Virus genome (UHGV): UHGV-0171999
Length of the DNA stretch: 64,000 bases
Reading direction: 5' to 3' (one strand)
From: a virus
Below, piece by piece: positions 43,419-52,806 of this stretch. Every line of letters starts with the position of its first letter. The first letter of the stretch is position 1. The notes beneath the pieces were generated by a model, which did no database searches, had not been told where the DNA came from, and saw only the letters and a list, made by a program, of their open reading frames with translations. Made by a program: the position numbers and the translations under genes.

Positions 43419-43442
43419 AGACTTACTGACATAACATGAGGA
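43389..43442 (+). repeat. 54-bp promoter/leader cassette, copy A
   Basis: 53 of 54 nt identical to 58658-58711, including -35, spacer, -10, leader hairpin and SD. Confidence 0.9.
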
Positions 43443-43449
43443 CTTTATG

Positions 43450-43953
43450 ATGGATTTACAGCTTATTACTACTGAGATGGTCGTTGAAGCATACGGTGAT
43501 ACTACAGATGGGATTTCTGTATTTAAAGGAAATCGTCGAGTTGGATATATCACCGATCTTAAGAAAGATTTAGCTAAGCAAGTCAAGCGGAAAACGACCA
43601 TTAAAGAATATCGAAATCGTCGTCTTGAGCAAGCCCGTGATATGCTTCCTGATGCGGTTGAAGAGATGAAAGTCTTTTTAGAAAATCAACTCGCTAAGTA
43701 TGAGTGCGAAGTATTCATTAATCAGACTCAACCTAATGTTCATATCAATAACTGTAAATGCTATATCATCGTTAATCCTTTGACGGGAAAACATCGTCTT
43801 GGAATTAGTAATCCAAATCGTAGCGCGTCGGATATAGCAGAAGATGTTGAGGCATGCTTTAAAATTTCTAAATCTCCGGCTGAACATCATATTTTAATTA
43901 ACGGTCTTTCTCAAGACGATATTATAGAGGTTATTAAAACTTTATGCAATTAA
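43450..43953 (+). CDS. alc: Alc (blocks host transcription on cytosine DNA), 167 aa
   Basis: Second ATG at 43450 has better SD spacing and gives the T4 Alc length of 167 aa; position after rnlA. Confidence 0.85.
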   Translation: MDLQLITTEMVVEAYGDTTDGISVFKGNRRVGYITDLKKDLAKQVKRKTTIKEYRNRRLEQARDMLPDAVEEMKVFLENQLAKYECEVFINQTQPNVHINNCKCYIIVNPLTGKHRLGISNPNRSASDIAEDVEACFKISKSPAEHHILINGLSQDDIIEVIKTLCN

Positions 43954-44297
43954 GTAATACGACAGCAGGCTTGCTATTAATTGTAATTGCATTAGGCGGA
44001 ACTTCTTTAATTTTAAAAAATAAAATTGAAAGATTAGAAACGTCTGTTGTAGAAATTACAAAAACGGCCAATGAAAACGCTTTAGCATTAGATAATTTGC
44101 GAATTCAGTATAATTATATTGATGCGATGAATAATAAAAATCGTGAGGCAATTGCTGCTATTGAGCGTGAAAATGAAAAACTGCGCAAAGACGCAAAGAA
44201 GGCGGATGTGGTGGCTCATAAGCCAGGATTGGTTGAAAAACAAATCAACAACTCCTTCAACAAGTTCGCAGAAGACATCCAGGACCTTTCTAAATGA
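43944..44297 (+). CDS. hypothetical membrane-anchored coiled-coil protein, 117 aa
   Basis: N-terminal TM segment GLLLIVIALGG followed by coiled-coil-like region. Confidence 0.5.
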   Translation: MQLSNTTAGLLLIVIALGGTSLILKNKIERLETSVVEITKTANENALALDNLRIQYNYIDAMNNKNREAIAAIERENEKLRKDAKKADVVAHKPGLVEKQINNSFNKFAEDIQDLSK

Positions 44298-44593
44298 TTA
44301 AACTATCAGCAGTAATATTATCTATTGGTCTTCTAGTTGGTTGTTCGACAAAGCCTCTAGAAGTAAAGAAAGAAACAGTTCATCCTAATTGGCCAGTACA
44401 AATAAAGTCATACGATGAAGCTAAACTTTCTTGGCAAGTTAAAGTTATTGATGGTAAAGCTTGGGTTGGTATGCCATTTGAAGATTCCCAGGAATTTCGC
44501 ATTTGGCTTAATGATGTAAAACGATATGTACATGATCAGAAAACTATGATATGTTATTATCGTCAAGAGCTAAAAGAGGATAAATGTAAATGA
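44294..44593 (+). CDS. putative lipoprotein, 99 aa
   Basis: Signal peptide with lipobox LLVGCS. Confidence 0.55.
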   Translation: MIKLSAVILSIGLLVGCSTKPLEVKKETVHPNWPVQIKSYDEAKLSWQVKVIDGKAWVGMPFEDSQEFRIWLNDVKRYVHDQKTMICYYRQELKEDKCK

Positions 44594-44817
44594 TTTCATG
44601 GCATCAATTTGAACATCTCAAAGGATTGATTTATGAATCCGAGATGGCTGCAATGATTTATGGACGCCAGATTCAACGATTAGAATCTTTACCTCCAACT
44701 AATGATGTTTTATTAGCTCAATCTCGGGCTAATCTTAAAAATGAATACCAAAATAAGTGGGGTAAAGCATCTAAAGACCTGCATGATTATATTCAATCAT
44801 TGGTTGAGAAAAAATAA
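44590..44817 (+). CDS. hypothetical protein, 75 aa
   Basis: ATGA overlap with previous ORF. Confidence 0.45.
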   Translation: MISWHQFEHLKGLIYESEMAAMIYGRQIQRLESLPPTNDVLLAQSRANLKNEYQNKWGKASKDLHDYIQSLVEKK

Positions 44818-45995
<1,178 letters not shown>

Positions 45996-46042
45996 CGTCG
46001 TATTGGTGTTGAATGTTGGCAAGTTGCTTCGGGAGACTTTTA

Positions 46043-46240
46043 ATGGCGTGGCATCATGAAACTTGGTCTATTGTTATTGTAAATAGTGGTTTAGTTGGTA
46101 CTAGTAATGGGCAATTTTGTGTATTCACTAGTGAAATCAGAGCTTGGGAGGAATGCCTTAAATTAAGAGAAAAGAATCCTGATATTGAACTAACAGTAAA
46201 GAAAACTAAACTACCTTTACCATGGAAAACTTATGAATAA
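46043..46240 (+). CDS. hypothetical protein, 65 aa
   Basis: ATG at 46043 overlapping the extended pseT frame stop (TAATG). Confidence 0.45.
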   Translation: MAWHHETWSIVIVNSGLVGTSNGQFCVFTSEIRAWEECLKLREKNPDIELTVKKTKLPLPWKTYE

Positions 46241-46433
46241 CATAGAAAAGATTTATCGACTTTGTGATAAAATTGAAAAAGAAAAGAAATATCTATTTTG
46301 TTTATGGCCTATTGTTAATGGAAGAGTAGGCTTAGATGTTCTTGATTATGAAACAGAAGACAAAGTAGATGGCTCAATTTTTGATAATGCTTTAGATGTT
46401 ATTGATTGGCTTGAAGAAAATTATGTGAGGTAA
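46233..46433 (+). CDS. hypothetical protein, 66 aa
   Basis: ORF in the pseT-cd interval. Confidence 0.45.
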   Translation: MNNIEKIYRLCDKIEKEKKYLFCLWPIVNGRVGLDVLDYETEDKVDGSIFDNALDVIDWLEENYVR

Positions 46434-46435
46434 AT

Positions 46436-46711
46436 ATGTTTCCGACTTATTCTAAAATCGTAGAAGTAGTGTTTAGCCAAATTATCGCTAATAACATGTT
46501 TGAAAAGCTTGATAATGCAGCTGAACTTCGAATCCACGCTCAAGTGACTCATGTATTGAACGCTTTGCTTCCAGACCAGGTTGATTCTATCGCCATCACG
46601 CTGTATCCAGGCTCCGCGCATATCATTGTCGTATTCGGTCTTGATGCTGAGCTAGTCATCAAAGGCGATATTCGCTTTGAATCACAGACATCAGAATTCA
46701 AAGCAATTTAA
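46436..46711 (+). CDS. hypothetical protein, 91 aa
   Basis: ORF in the pseT-cd interval. Confidence 0.45.
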   Translation: MFPTYSKIVEVVFSQIIANNMFEKLDNAAELRIHAQVTHVLNALLPDQVDSIAITLYPGSAHIIVVFGLDAELVIKGDIRFESQTSEFKAI

Positions 46712-46713
46712 TA

Positions 46714-46743
46714 GTTTACTTTACGGTAGAGTTGTGATATTAT
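46714..46743 (+). promoter_or_regulatory. T4-type early promoter
   Basis: GTTTAC 46714-46719, 18-bp spacer, TATTAT. Confidence 0.55.
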
Positions 46744-46772
46744 GGCTCTACCAAACAAATGAGGAAATTGAA

Positions 46773-47009
46773 ATGCTAAGTGAAAAACCAATTACTGTTA
46801 AAGAATTCCAAGAAAAAGTTAAACTATTTGCGCAGGAATTAGTAAATAAGGTTTCTGAACGATTTCCAGAAACATCGGTTCGTGTTATTACCGAAACTCC
46901 TCGTTCAGTATTAGTAATTGTGAATCCAGGTGATGGTGATCAAATAACACATCTTAAACTGGATTTTGATGGATTAGTTGAAGCACAAAGGGTGTATGGC
47001 GTACTATGA
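46773..47009 (+). CDS. hypothetical protein, 78 aa
   Basis: ATG at 46773 after GAGGAAATTGAA; ORF-track start at 46677 runs through the promoter. Confidence 0.5.
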   Translation: MLSEKPITVKEFQEKVKLFAQELVNKVSERFPETSVRVITETPRSVLVIVNPGDGDQITHLKLDFDGLVEAQRVYGVL

Positions 47010-47344
47010 TGAATTTAACTGATATAATTGATAATTGTCTTGAAAATGATACTGGCGATCATAGAGCGCTTGATTCTGAAACAGCACAGTTCATTAGAAT
47101 AACTTTAATGAATGATACTCTAGTGAATAGTATTCATCCTTCTGTGTATGATGCTATTATTGTGACGAAGTATCCGGTTGAGCTTCACAAAAAGATGGTT
47201 GGCGCAATTTTTATTGATAAGAAAAACCGCTTTAAAGATGGGCAGAATATAATTAGTTCTGTTATTAAAAGTATAACTAAACTTCGTCACGAAATTTATC
47301 GTGTTGAAACTGCTAAATCTGCTTATCTGGTGATTATGAAATGA
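47006..47344 (+). CDS. hypothetical protein, 112 aa
   Basis: ATGA overlaps on both sides. Confidence 0.5.
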   Translation: MMNLTDIIDNCLENDTGDHRALDSETAQFIRITLMNDTLVNSIHPSVYDAIIVTKYPVELHKKMVGAIFIDKKNRFKDGQNIISSVIKSITKLRHEIYRVETAKSAYLVIMK

Positions 47345-47922
47345 AAGCGAGTACAGTACTTCAAATTGCATATTTAGTATCACAAGAATCAAAATGTTGC
47401 TCCTGGAAGGTAGGAGCGGTAATTGAAAAGAATGGACGTATTATTTCTACCGGATATAATGGTTCACCTGCCGGGGGTGTGAATTGCTGCGATTATGCTG
47501 CTGAGCAAGGTTGGTTGCTGAATAAGCCTAAACATACTATCATTCAAGGTCATAAGCCTGAATGCGTATCATTTGGTTCAACTGATCGTTTTGTTTTGGC
47601 GAAAGAACACCGCAGTGCTCATTCTGAATGGTCGTCTAAAAATGAAATTCATGCTGAACTAAATGCAATTTTGTTTGCTGCACGAAATGGTTCTTCAATT
47701 GAAGGTGCTACTATGTATGTAACACTTTCTCCTTGCCCAGATTGTGCAAAAGCAATAGCTCAATCTGGAATTAAAAAGCTGGTTTATTGCGAAACATACG
47801 ATAAAAATAAACCTGGCTGGGATGATATTCTGCGAAATGCGGGTATTGAAGTGTTTAATGTTCCTAAGAAAAACTTGAATAAGTTAAATTGGGAAAATAT
47901 CAACGAATTCTGTGGTGAATAA
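47341..47922 (+). CDS. cd: dCMP deaminase, 193 aa
   Basis: Zn-binding deaminase motifs HAELNA and PCPDC; length matches T4 Cd. Confidence 0.93.
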   Translation: MKASTVLQIAYLVSQESKCCSWKVGAVIEKNGRIISTGYNGSPAGGVNCCDYAAEQGWLLNKPKHTIIQGHKPECVSFGSTDRFVLAKEHRSAHSEWSSKNEIHAELNAILFAARNGSSIEGATMYVTLSPCPDCAKAIAQSGIKKLVYCETYDKNKPGWDDILRNAGIEVFNVPKKNLNKLNWENINEFCGE

Positions 47923-48158
47923 TGAAATTTCGTTTGGTACAGCTCACAGCAATTAGTTCTTATTCTAACGAGAACATTTCATTTGCTGTAGAGTATAAGA
48001 AATATTTTTTCTCTAAATGGAAACAGTATTATAAGTCAGAATGGGTTTGTATTGATAAGCCGTATAGTTGGAAATCTGATTTAGAAAAATGCCAAAAATT
48101 ACTTTCCACTCTTAAAGAACGTGGAACAACCCATATTAAAACTGTAATAGGTAAATAA
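47922..48158 (+). CDS. hypothetical protein, 78 aa
   Basis: ORF between cd and gene 31. Confidence 0.45.
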   Translation: MKFRLVQLTAISSYSNENISFAVEYKKYFFSKWKQYYKSEWVCIDKPYSWKSDLEKCQKLLSTLKERGTTHIKTVIGK

Positions 48159-48467
48159 ATGAAACTGACGACTGAACAAAAAGTAGCAATTCGTGAAATT
48201 TTGAAAACTAAATTGTCCATGGGTATTTCAAATGTAGTTTTTGAAAAGTCTGATGGTACTATTCGTACTATGAAAGGCACTCGTGATGCAGACTTTATGC
48301 CAACCATGCAAACTGGTAAATTGACTGAATCTGCTCGGAAAGAATCTACTGATATGATTCCGGTATTTGATGTTGAGCTTGGTGCATGGCGAGGTTTTTC
48401 TATTGACAAATTGATTTCCGTTAATGGTATGAAAGTTGAGCACTTGCTTCAATTTATTGGTAAATAA
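48159..48467 (+). CDS. hypothetical protein, 102 aa
   Basis: ORF between cd and gene 31. Confidence 0.45.
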   Translation: MKLTTEQKVAIREILKTKLSMGISNVVFEKSDGTIRTMKGTRDADFMPTMQTGKLTESARKESTDMIPVFDVELGAWRGFSIDKLISVNGMKVEHLLQFIGK

Positions 48468-48500
48468 ATGCTTTAAGAATTATTTGTTATTATTAATTCA
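48453..48500 (+). promoter_or_regulatory. candidate MotA-dependent middle promoter for gene 31
   Basis: MotA-box-like TTGCTTCA (48453-48460) and ATGCTTTA (48468-48475) with AT-rich -10 candidates downstream. Confidence 0.35.
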
Positions 48501-48523
48501 TCTGTTAACAAAAAGGAAAAACG

Positions 48524-48859
48524 ATGTCTGAAGTACAACAGCTACCAATTCGTGCTGTCGGTGAATATGTGATTTTAGTTTCTGAACCTGCACAAGCTGG
48601 TGATGAAGAAGTTACAGAATCAGGACTTATTATCGGTAAACGTGTTCAAGGTGAAGTTCCTGAACTGTGTGTAATTCACTCTGTTGGTCCTGATGTTCCT
48701 GAAGGTTTCTGTGAAGTTGGTGATTTGACTTCTCTTCCAGTTGGTCAAATTCGAAACGTTCCACATCCTTTTGTAGCTCTGGGTCTTAAGCAGCCAAAAG
48801 AAATTAAACAAAAATTTGTTACCTGTCACTATAAAGCTATTCCGTGTCTTTATAAGTGA
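48524..48859 (+). CDS. 31: co-chaperonin gp31 (GroES-like), 111 aa
   Basis: Length and N-terminus [18 protein letters not shown] match T4 gp31. Confidence 0.9.
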   Translation: MSEVQQLPIRAVGEYVILVSEPAQAGDEEVTESGLIIGKRVQGEVPELCVIHSVGPDVPEGFCEVGDLTSLPVGQIRNVPHPFVALGLKQPKEIKQKFVTCHYKAIPCLYK

Positions 48860-48867
48860 TATAAATA
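48860..48867 (+). promoter_or_regulatory. T4 late promoter TATAAATA upstream of rIII
   Basis: TATAAATA immediately after the gene 31 stop. Confidence 0.5.
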
Positions 48868-48985
48868 ATAATATGAATTGAGTTTCAATTCTATGTGGTA
48901 GTCTACAACTGAGAGATCTGTCGAAAGAAGATGAAATTCAGAAGAACGTGACTACCGAGTTTTAATCTCTAACGAGAATTTTTAA

Positions 48986-49234
48986 ATGATTAAACAATTA
49001 CAACACGCTCTTGAACTGCAACGAAACGCATGGAATAATGGTCACGAAAACTATGGCGCATCTATTGATGTTGAAGCCGAAGCTCTTGAAATCCTGCGTT
49101 ATTTCAAACATCTGAATCCTGCTCAAACTGCATTAGCTGCTGAGCTTCAGGAAAAAGATGAACTTAAATATGCTAAGCCTCTGGCTTCTGCCGCACGAAA
49201 AGCAGTTCGTCACTTTGTGGTAACACTGAAGTAA
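48986..49234 (+). CDS. rIII: lysis inhibition accessory protein rIII, 82 aa
   Basis: Length and position after gene 31 match T4 rIII. Confidence 0.85.
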   Translation: MIKQLQHALELQRNAWNNGHENYGASIDVEAEALEILRYFKHLNPAQTALAAELQEKDELKYAKPLASAARKAVRHFVVTLK

Positions 49235-49428
49235 TTTATTGGAGAGTCACTGCCTTAGTGTGAAGTTAAAACGAGGAGCCGTCGAACTTTGTTTTACGGT
49301 GTACCTCTTGAATGTTGACGAGGTTTATGGTTATCCTGTCGGTAAATATTCAAAACCTAAGTACCCCTTGAGGGCTTTCGCAGGCAATGCCAATAAGTCC
49401 TGCATTTTCATTTAAAAGAGAATTTATA

Positions 49429-49605
49429 ATGGCAAAACAAGCTAAAGCAAAGAAAGCAGTTGAAAAGAAAGTTGGTGATTCTAAACGCGCTGGTTACAAG
49501 CGTGGGTCGAACTCTCGTATCAATCAAACTGTTGAGAAGATCATGCGCCGAGCACGTGCGGTTCTTCGAGATGATGCTTCTCGTTTTGGTAAGCAGAAAG
49601 CATAA
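49429..49605 (+). CDS. small basic protein, 58 aa
   Basis: ATG at 49429 after AAAGAGAA; Lys/Arg-rich; followed by a terminator. Confidence 0.45.
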   Translation: MAKQAKAKKAVEKKVGDSKRAGYKRGSNSRINQTVEKIMRRARAVLRDDASRFGKQKA

Positions 49606-49609
49606 GTTG

Positions 49610-49637
49610 AGGACTCCTTCGGGAGTCCTTTTTTTAT
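49610..49637 (+). terminator. rho-independent terminator
   Basis: AGGACTCCTTCGGGAGTCCT hairpin followed by TTTTTTTATTTT. Confidence 0.75.
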
Positions 49638-49659
49638 TTTCCAAAGATTGCACAAAGTT

Positions 49660-49689
49660 GTTTACAGTATGGTTCCTTTGTGATAGTAT
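49660..49689 (+). promoter_or_regulatory. T4-type early promoter
   Basis: GTTTAC 49660-49665, 18-bp spacer, TAGTAT. Confidence 0.55.
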
Positions 49690-49716
49690 TATCTTACACA
49701 AACAAAGGAGAATAAA

Positions 49717-50085
49717 ATGAAAATCAATCTTAACTCATACATCAAAGGTAAAGATCACGACGGCTATAAAGCTATCGAAACTAAAGAACTTCAGTGGCAC
49801 TTATACAAAGAACAATTTGAATTTGTAGGTTGCATGACTCCTGAAGGTCCTTCTGATGATTTCTCTTGGAAAATAATGTTAACTAACTTTTTTACTGGAG
49901 ATACATACGAATTAAAAACTTTGATTCTTGGTAAAATTCGCTGTGAGACTTATGAAGATAAAGAAACTGGTTACTCTGAAGATGTTACGTGGTATCAAAA
50001 TGGTCGTATTACCGCTGACCTCTTGATTGAAAAAATGAAAGCCAAAGGTGAATTAAATTTAGATAATTGGATTAAAGTTGCATAA
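49717..50085 (+). CDS. hypothetical protein, 122 aa
   Basis: ATG after AGGAGAATAAA; first gene of the rIII-to-ligase small-ORF block. Confidence 0.5.
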   Translation: MKINLNSYIKGKDHDGYKAIETKELQWHLYKEQFEFVGCMTPEGPSDDFSWKIMLTNFFTGDTYELKTLILGKIRCETYEDKETGYSEDVTWYQNGRITADLLIEKMKAKGELNLDNWIKVA

Positions 50086-50089
50086 AATA

Positions 50090-50119
50090 GTTTACTTTGG
50101 TACAGGATATGATATTATA
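50090..50119 (+). promoter_or_regulatory. T4-type early promoter
   Basis: GTTTAC 50090-50095, 18-bp spacer, TATTAT. Confidence 0.55.
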
Positions 50120-50155
50120 TACCTGTACCGCAATTAAACATCTCGGAGAATAAAA

Positions 50156-50521
50156 ATGAACTACATCAACTTTGAACGTAAATATGTTTCTAATGGTATT
50201 GCAGGTTCTATTGATACTATCTGCCTTTGGAAACATCAAAATGGATCAGTATGCGAAATTGAACAGTATATGACTCCTAACTACGTTTATATGCGATTTG
50301 AAAATGGCATCACGGTTTCAATCACAATGGAAGGTTCCAACTTCAAAATCGCTCTGGATGATGATTTTCGTCAACGTGATTTAGGGACTCATCCTTGCTG
50401 GAATGGCGTTAATCGCAAGCTTTTAGTTAAAACTTGGATTCGTCATATTCTGAGTAACAGAGCTAAACCTGAGCATCTTGAAGCGATCTTTGATGTAGTT
50501 CTTAATGAATTTGATATTTAA
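50156..50521 (+). CDS. hypothetical protein, 121 aa
   Basis: ATG after GGAGAATAAAA. Confidence 0.5.
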   Translation: MNYINFERKYVSNGIAGSIDTICLWKHQNGSVCEIEQYMTPNYVYMRFENGITVSITMEGSNFKIALDDDFRQRDLGTHPCWNGVNRKLLVKTWIRHILSNRAKPEHLEAIFDVVLNEFDI

Positions 50522-50562
50522 AATAAAATTAGGGGCTTCGGCCCCTTACTGAGGAAAATACT

Positions 50563-50850
50563 ATGTTTATGACTACTTATTTTGATACTCGTAAAAACTT
50601 CTGCGAAGTGGTTTTCTCTAAGGCGCCTAAAGACCTTCCTGCTCATTTGCAACCTACTAGCGAATCGATTAAAAACTACGTTAATGTAGTATGTCCTTTA
50701 GAGTTCCGTACTGTAAATGGGCGCGATACTTTAGCTATCACTAAACTCAATCGTGAAATTGACATTGATCCTTCAATTGCGCGTGAAATTAACATTTCTG
50801 ATATTGGCGGCGGTAATGTTAAATCGCACGGTTTTCAGATGAGGTTCTAA
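50563..50850 (+). CDS. hypothetical protein, 95 aa
   Basis: ATG after GAGGAAAATACT; preceded by GGGGCTTCGGCCCC hairpin at 50532-50545. Confidence 0.5.
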   Translation: MFMTTYFDTRKNFCEVVFSKAPKDLPAHLQPTSESIKNYVNVVCPLEFRTVNGRDTLAITKLNREIDIDPSIAREINISDIGGGNVKSHGFQMRF

Positions 50851-51047
50851 TGAAATTCTTTTTAGGTCAAACTGTTGAATTAAAGGGAGTTGGTATACCT
50901 GGATTAATTTCTAAGGTTCTACCTCCATTTAAATGGAGTGGTATTCAAATAAAAGAGGCTTATATTGTTTCCTGGGTAGATGGAAATGAAGACCTTCGTA
51001 TGGGTGATGAATTATCTCCTATTTACGGATTAAAGGAATTAGTATGA
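50850..51047 (+). CDS. hypothetical protein, 65 aa
   Basis: TAATG overlap with previous ORF. Confidence 0.45.
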   Translation: MKFFLGQTVELKGVGIPGLISKVLPPFKWSGIQIKEAYIVSWVDGNEDLRMGDELSPIYGLKELV

Positions 51048-51250
51048 ATATAATTAATAAGATTTTTGGAATTCAGTACATTAAGGTCACATATAAAGTA
51101 ACAGATAAAAATCCATATACTGATGAACATGAAGAACCGAAAGTTGAGTCTATTATATTAGAAAAGGACCCTAACTGGCCAGTTGAATTTCGTCTTCCTT
51201 GCTATGGTCATTGGGCTGATGTTGAAATTATAAGTATTGAAAATGTCTGA
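51044..51250 (+). CDS. hypothetical protein, 68 aa
   Basis: ATGA overlap. Confidence 0.45.
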   Translation: MNIINKIFGIQYIKVTYKVTDKNPYTDEHEEPKVESIILEKDPNWPVEFRLPCYGHWADVEIISIENV

Positions 51251-51701
51251 GCTAGAGATAAGAAGCAATTTTAAATGGCCATCATGTGCATTAAGTAATT
51301 TCGCCCAATGGCCTTTCGTTATGGATGGCATTCAATTTGGAGGTCTCGAAGGATTCCTTCAAGGATGTAAGGTGAAAAATGTTGAACAGCAAAGACGTAT
51401 ATTTGGGTTATCCGGGCTTGCCGCCCAACAAGCTGGACGAGCTTATGCTAGAGCTCAGGACCGTGGGACCCTCTTCTGGCTCGGAGTTCCGTTTTCAAGA
51501 TACTCCCCAGCATGGAAAGAATTATACACAAATGCATATTTTGAAGCAGCGTTCCAAAACAGGGGCTTTCGCGATGCATTACAAGCCTCGAAAGGAAAAG
51601 TTTTGAAGCACAGCATGGCTAGTGGTCTAACAAAAGATGATACAATACTAACCGAAGCTGAATTTATTGATGTGTTAAACCTATTAAGAGACTCTCTATG
51701 A
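51237..51701 (+). CDS. NADAR/YbiA-like (DUF1768) protein, 154 aa (T4 30.3 position)
   Basis: Motifs LSNF, PF.MDG..F...E.F.Q..K and AGRAYA resemble the NADAR/YbiA family. Confidence 0.6.
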   Translation: MKMSELEIRSNFKWPSCALSNFAQWPFVMDGIQFGGLEGFLQGCKVKNVEQQRRIFGLSGLAAQQAGRAYARAQDRGTLFWLGVPFSRYSPAWKELYTNAYFEAAFQNRGFRDALQASKGKVLKHSMASGLTKDDTILTEAEFIDVLNLLRDSL

Positions 51702-52537
51702 AGCCTACTATTTTAACTGATATTGATGGAGTATGTTTAAGCTGGCAATCAGGTCTTCCTTATTTTGCTCAGAAATATAATCTTCCGTTAGAACATATTT
51801 TAAAAATGATCCAAGATGAGAAATTTATTTCTCCAGGTAAACTATTTAAATGCGATGAAGAACTTGGTGTCAAGTTAATTGAAAAATACAATCGATCAGA
51901 TTTTATTCGTTACTTGTCTCCATATAAAGATGCCCTGTGTGTAATTAACAAACTAAAAGAAGATTATAATTTTGTAGCTGTTACAGCATTGGGTGATTCT
52001 ATTGACGCTCTGTTGAATCGTCAATTTAATTTGAATGCTCTTTTTCCTGGTGCCTTCTCAGAAGTAATGATGTGTGGTCATGATTCTTCAAAAGAAGAGT
52101 TGTTTAAAAAGGCAAAAGAGAAATATAACGTAATTTGTTATATTGACGATCTCGCTCACCACTGCGATCATGCGAGTGAAATATTAAATGTTCCTGTTTA
52201 TTGGATGGCTCGAGGAGAGCGTGACAATATTCCAAAAACCGCTCAGCGAGTTTATACATGGAATGATGTAGAAAATAAGCTTTTTTCACCAAAGGAAAAT
52301 AAAGAAAGTTTTGATAGTGAAAAAGCTATAAAAGATTTAATTGAGAAGATGATTAAAAATGATTCTTTTCGTTGGAACACTACCTGGAGAACTCCTGGAT
52401 TTAATCCTTATAATCATCTATATCATCCATATCAGACACATCCGTTTCAGACATGGAACTATATTAAACCTGGTGGAATAGAGTATTTGTATAATAGACC
52501 TACTTGTGGTGATAATATTTTCCAAGGAGCATTCTAA
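51698..52537 (+). CDS. HAD-superfamily phosphatase-like protein, 279 aa (T4 30.2 position)
   Basis: N-terminal DIDGV motif typical of HAD motif I; ATGA overlap with neighbours. Confidence 0.6.
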   Translation: MKPTILTDIDGVCLSWQSGLPYFAQKYNLPLEHILKMIQDEKFISPGKLFKCDEELGVKLIEKYNRSDFIRYLSPYKDALCVINKLKEDYNFVAVTALGDSIDALLNRQFNLNALFPGAFSEVMMCGHDSSKEELFKKAKEKYNVICYIDDLAHHCDHASEILNVPVYWMARGERDNIPKTAQRVYTWNDVENKLFSPKENKESFDSEKAIKDLIEKMIKNDSFRWNTTWRTPGFNPYNHLYHPYQTHPFQTWNYIKPGGIEYLYNRPTCGDNIFQGAF

Positions 52538-52806
52538 TGTTTGTCGTTCACACTATTTATGAAAATGAAGGTAATACTACACGTGATTACGGTCACGTAA
52601 ATCAATTTTTTAGATGCAATCCAGAATTCCGAGCTCAAAAAGACGAACGAATTTTTAAAAAATGTGTAGAGCAAGGTTTCATTTACGTCAAGCACTGGAT
52701 GCAAGGAAATAAAGTTAGAACTACATATCATAAGTCTTTGCCTGAGCTTAATGATGAATTGATTTATAATAGAGCTGTAAATCAAACTCTGAAGGATGAA
52801 CAATGA
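52537..52806 (+). CDS. hypothetical protein, 89 aa
   Basis: Overlapping ORF directly upstream of DNA ligase. Confidence 0.45.
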   Translation: MFVVHTIYENEGNTTRDYGHVNQFFRCNPEFRAQKDERIFKKCVEQGFIYVKHWMQGNKVRTTYHKSLPELNDELIYNRAVNQTLKDEQ

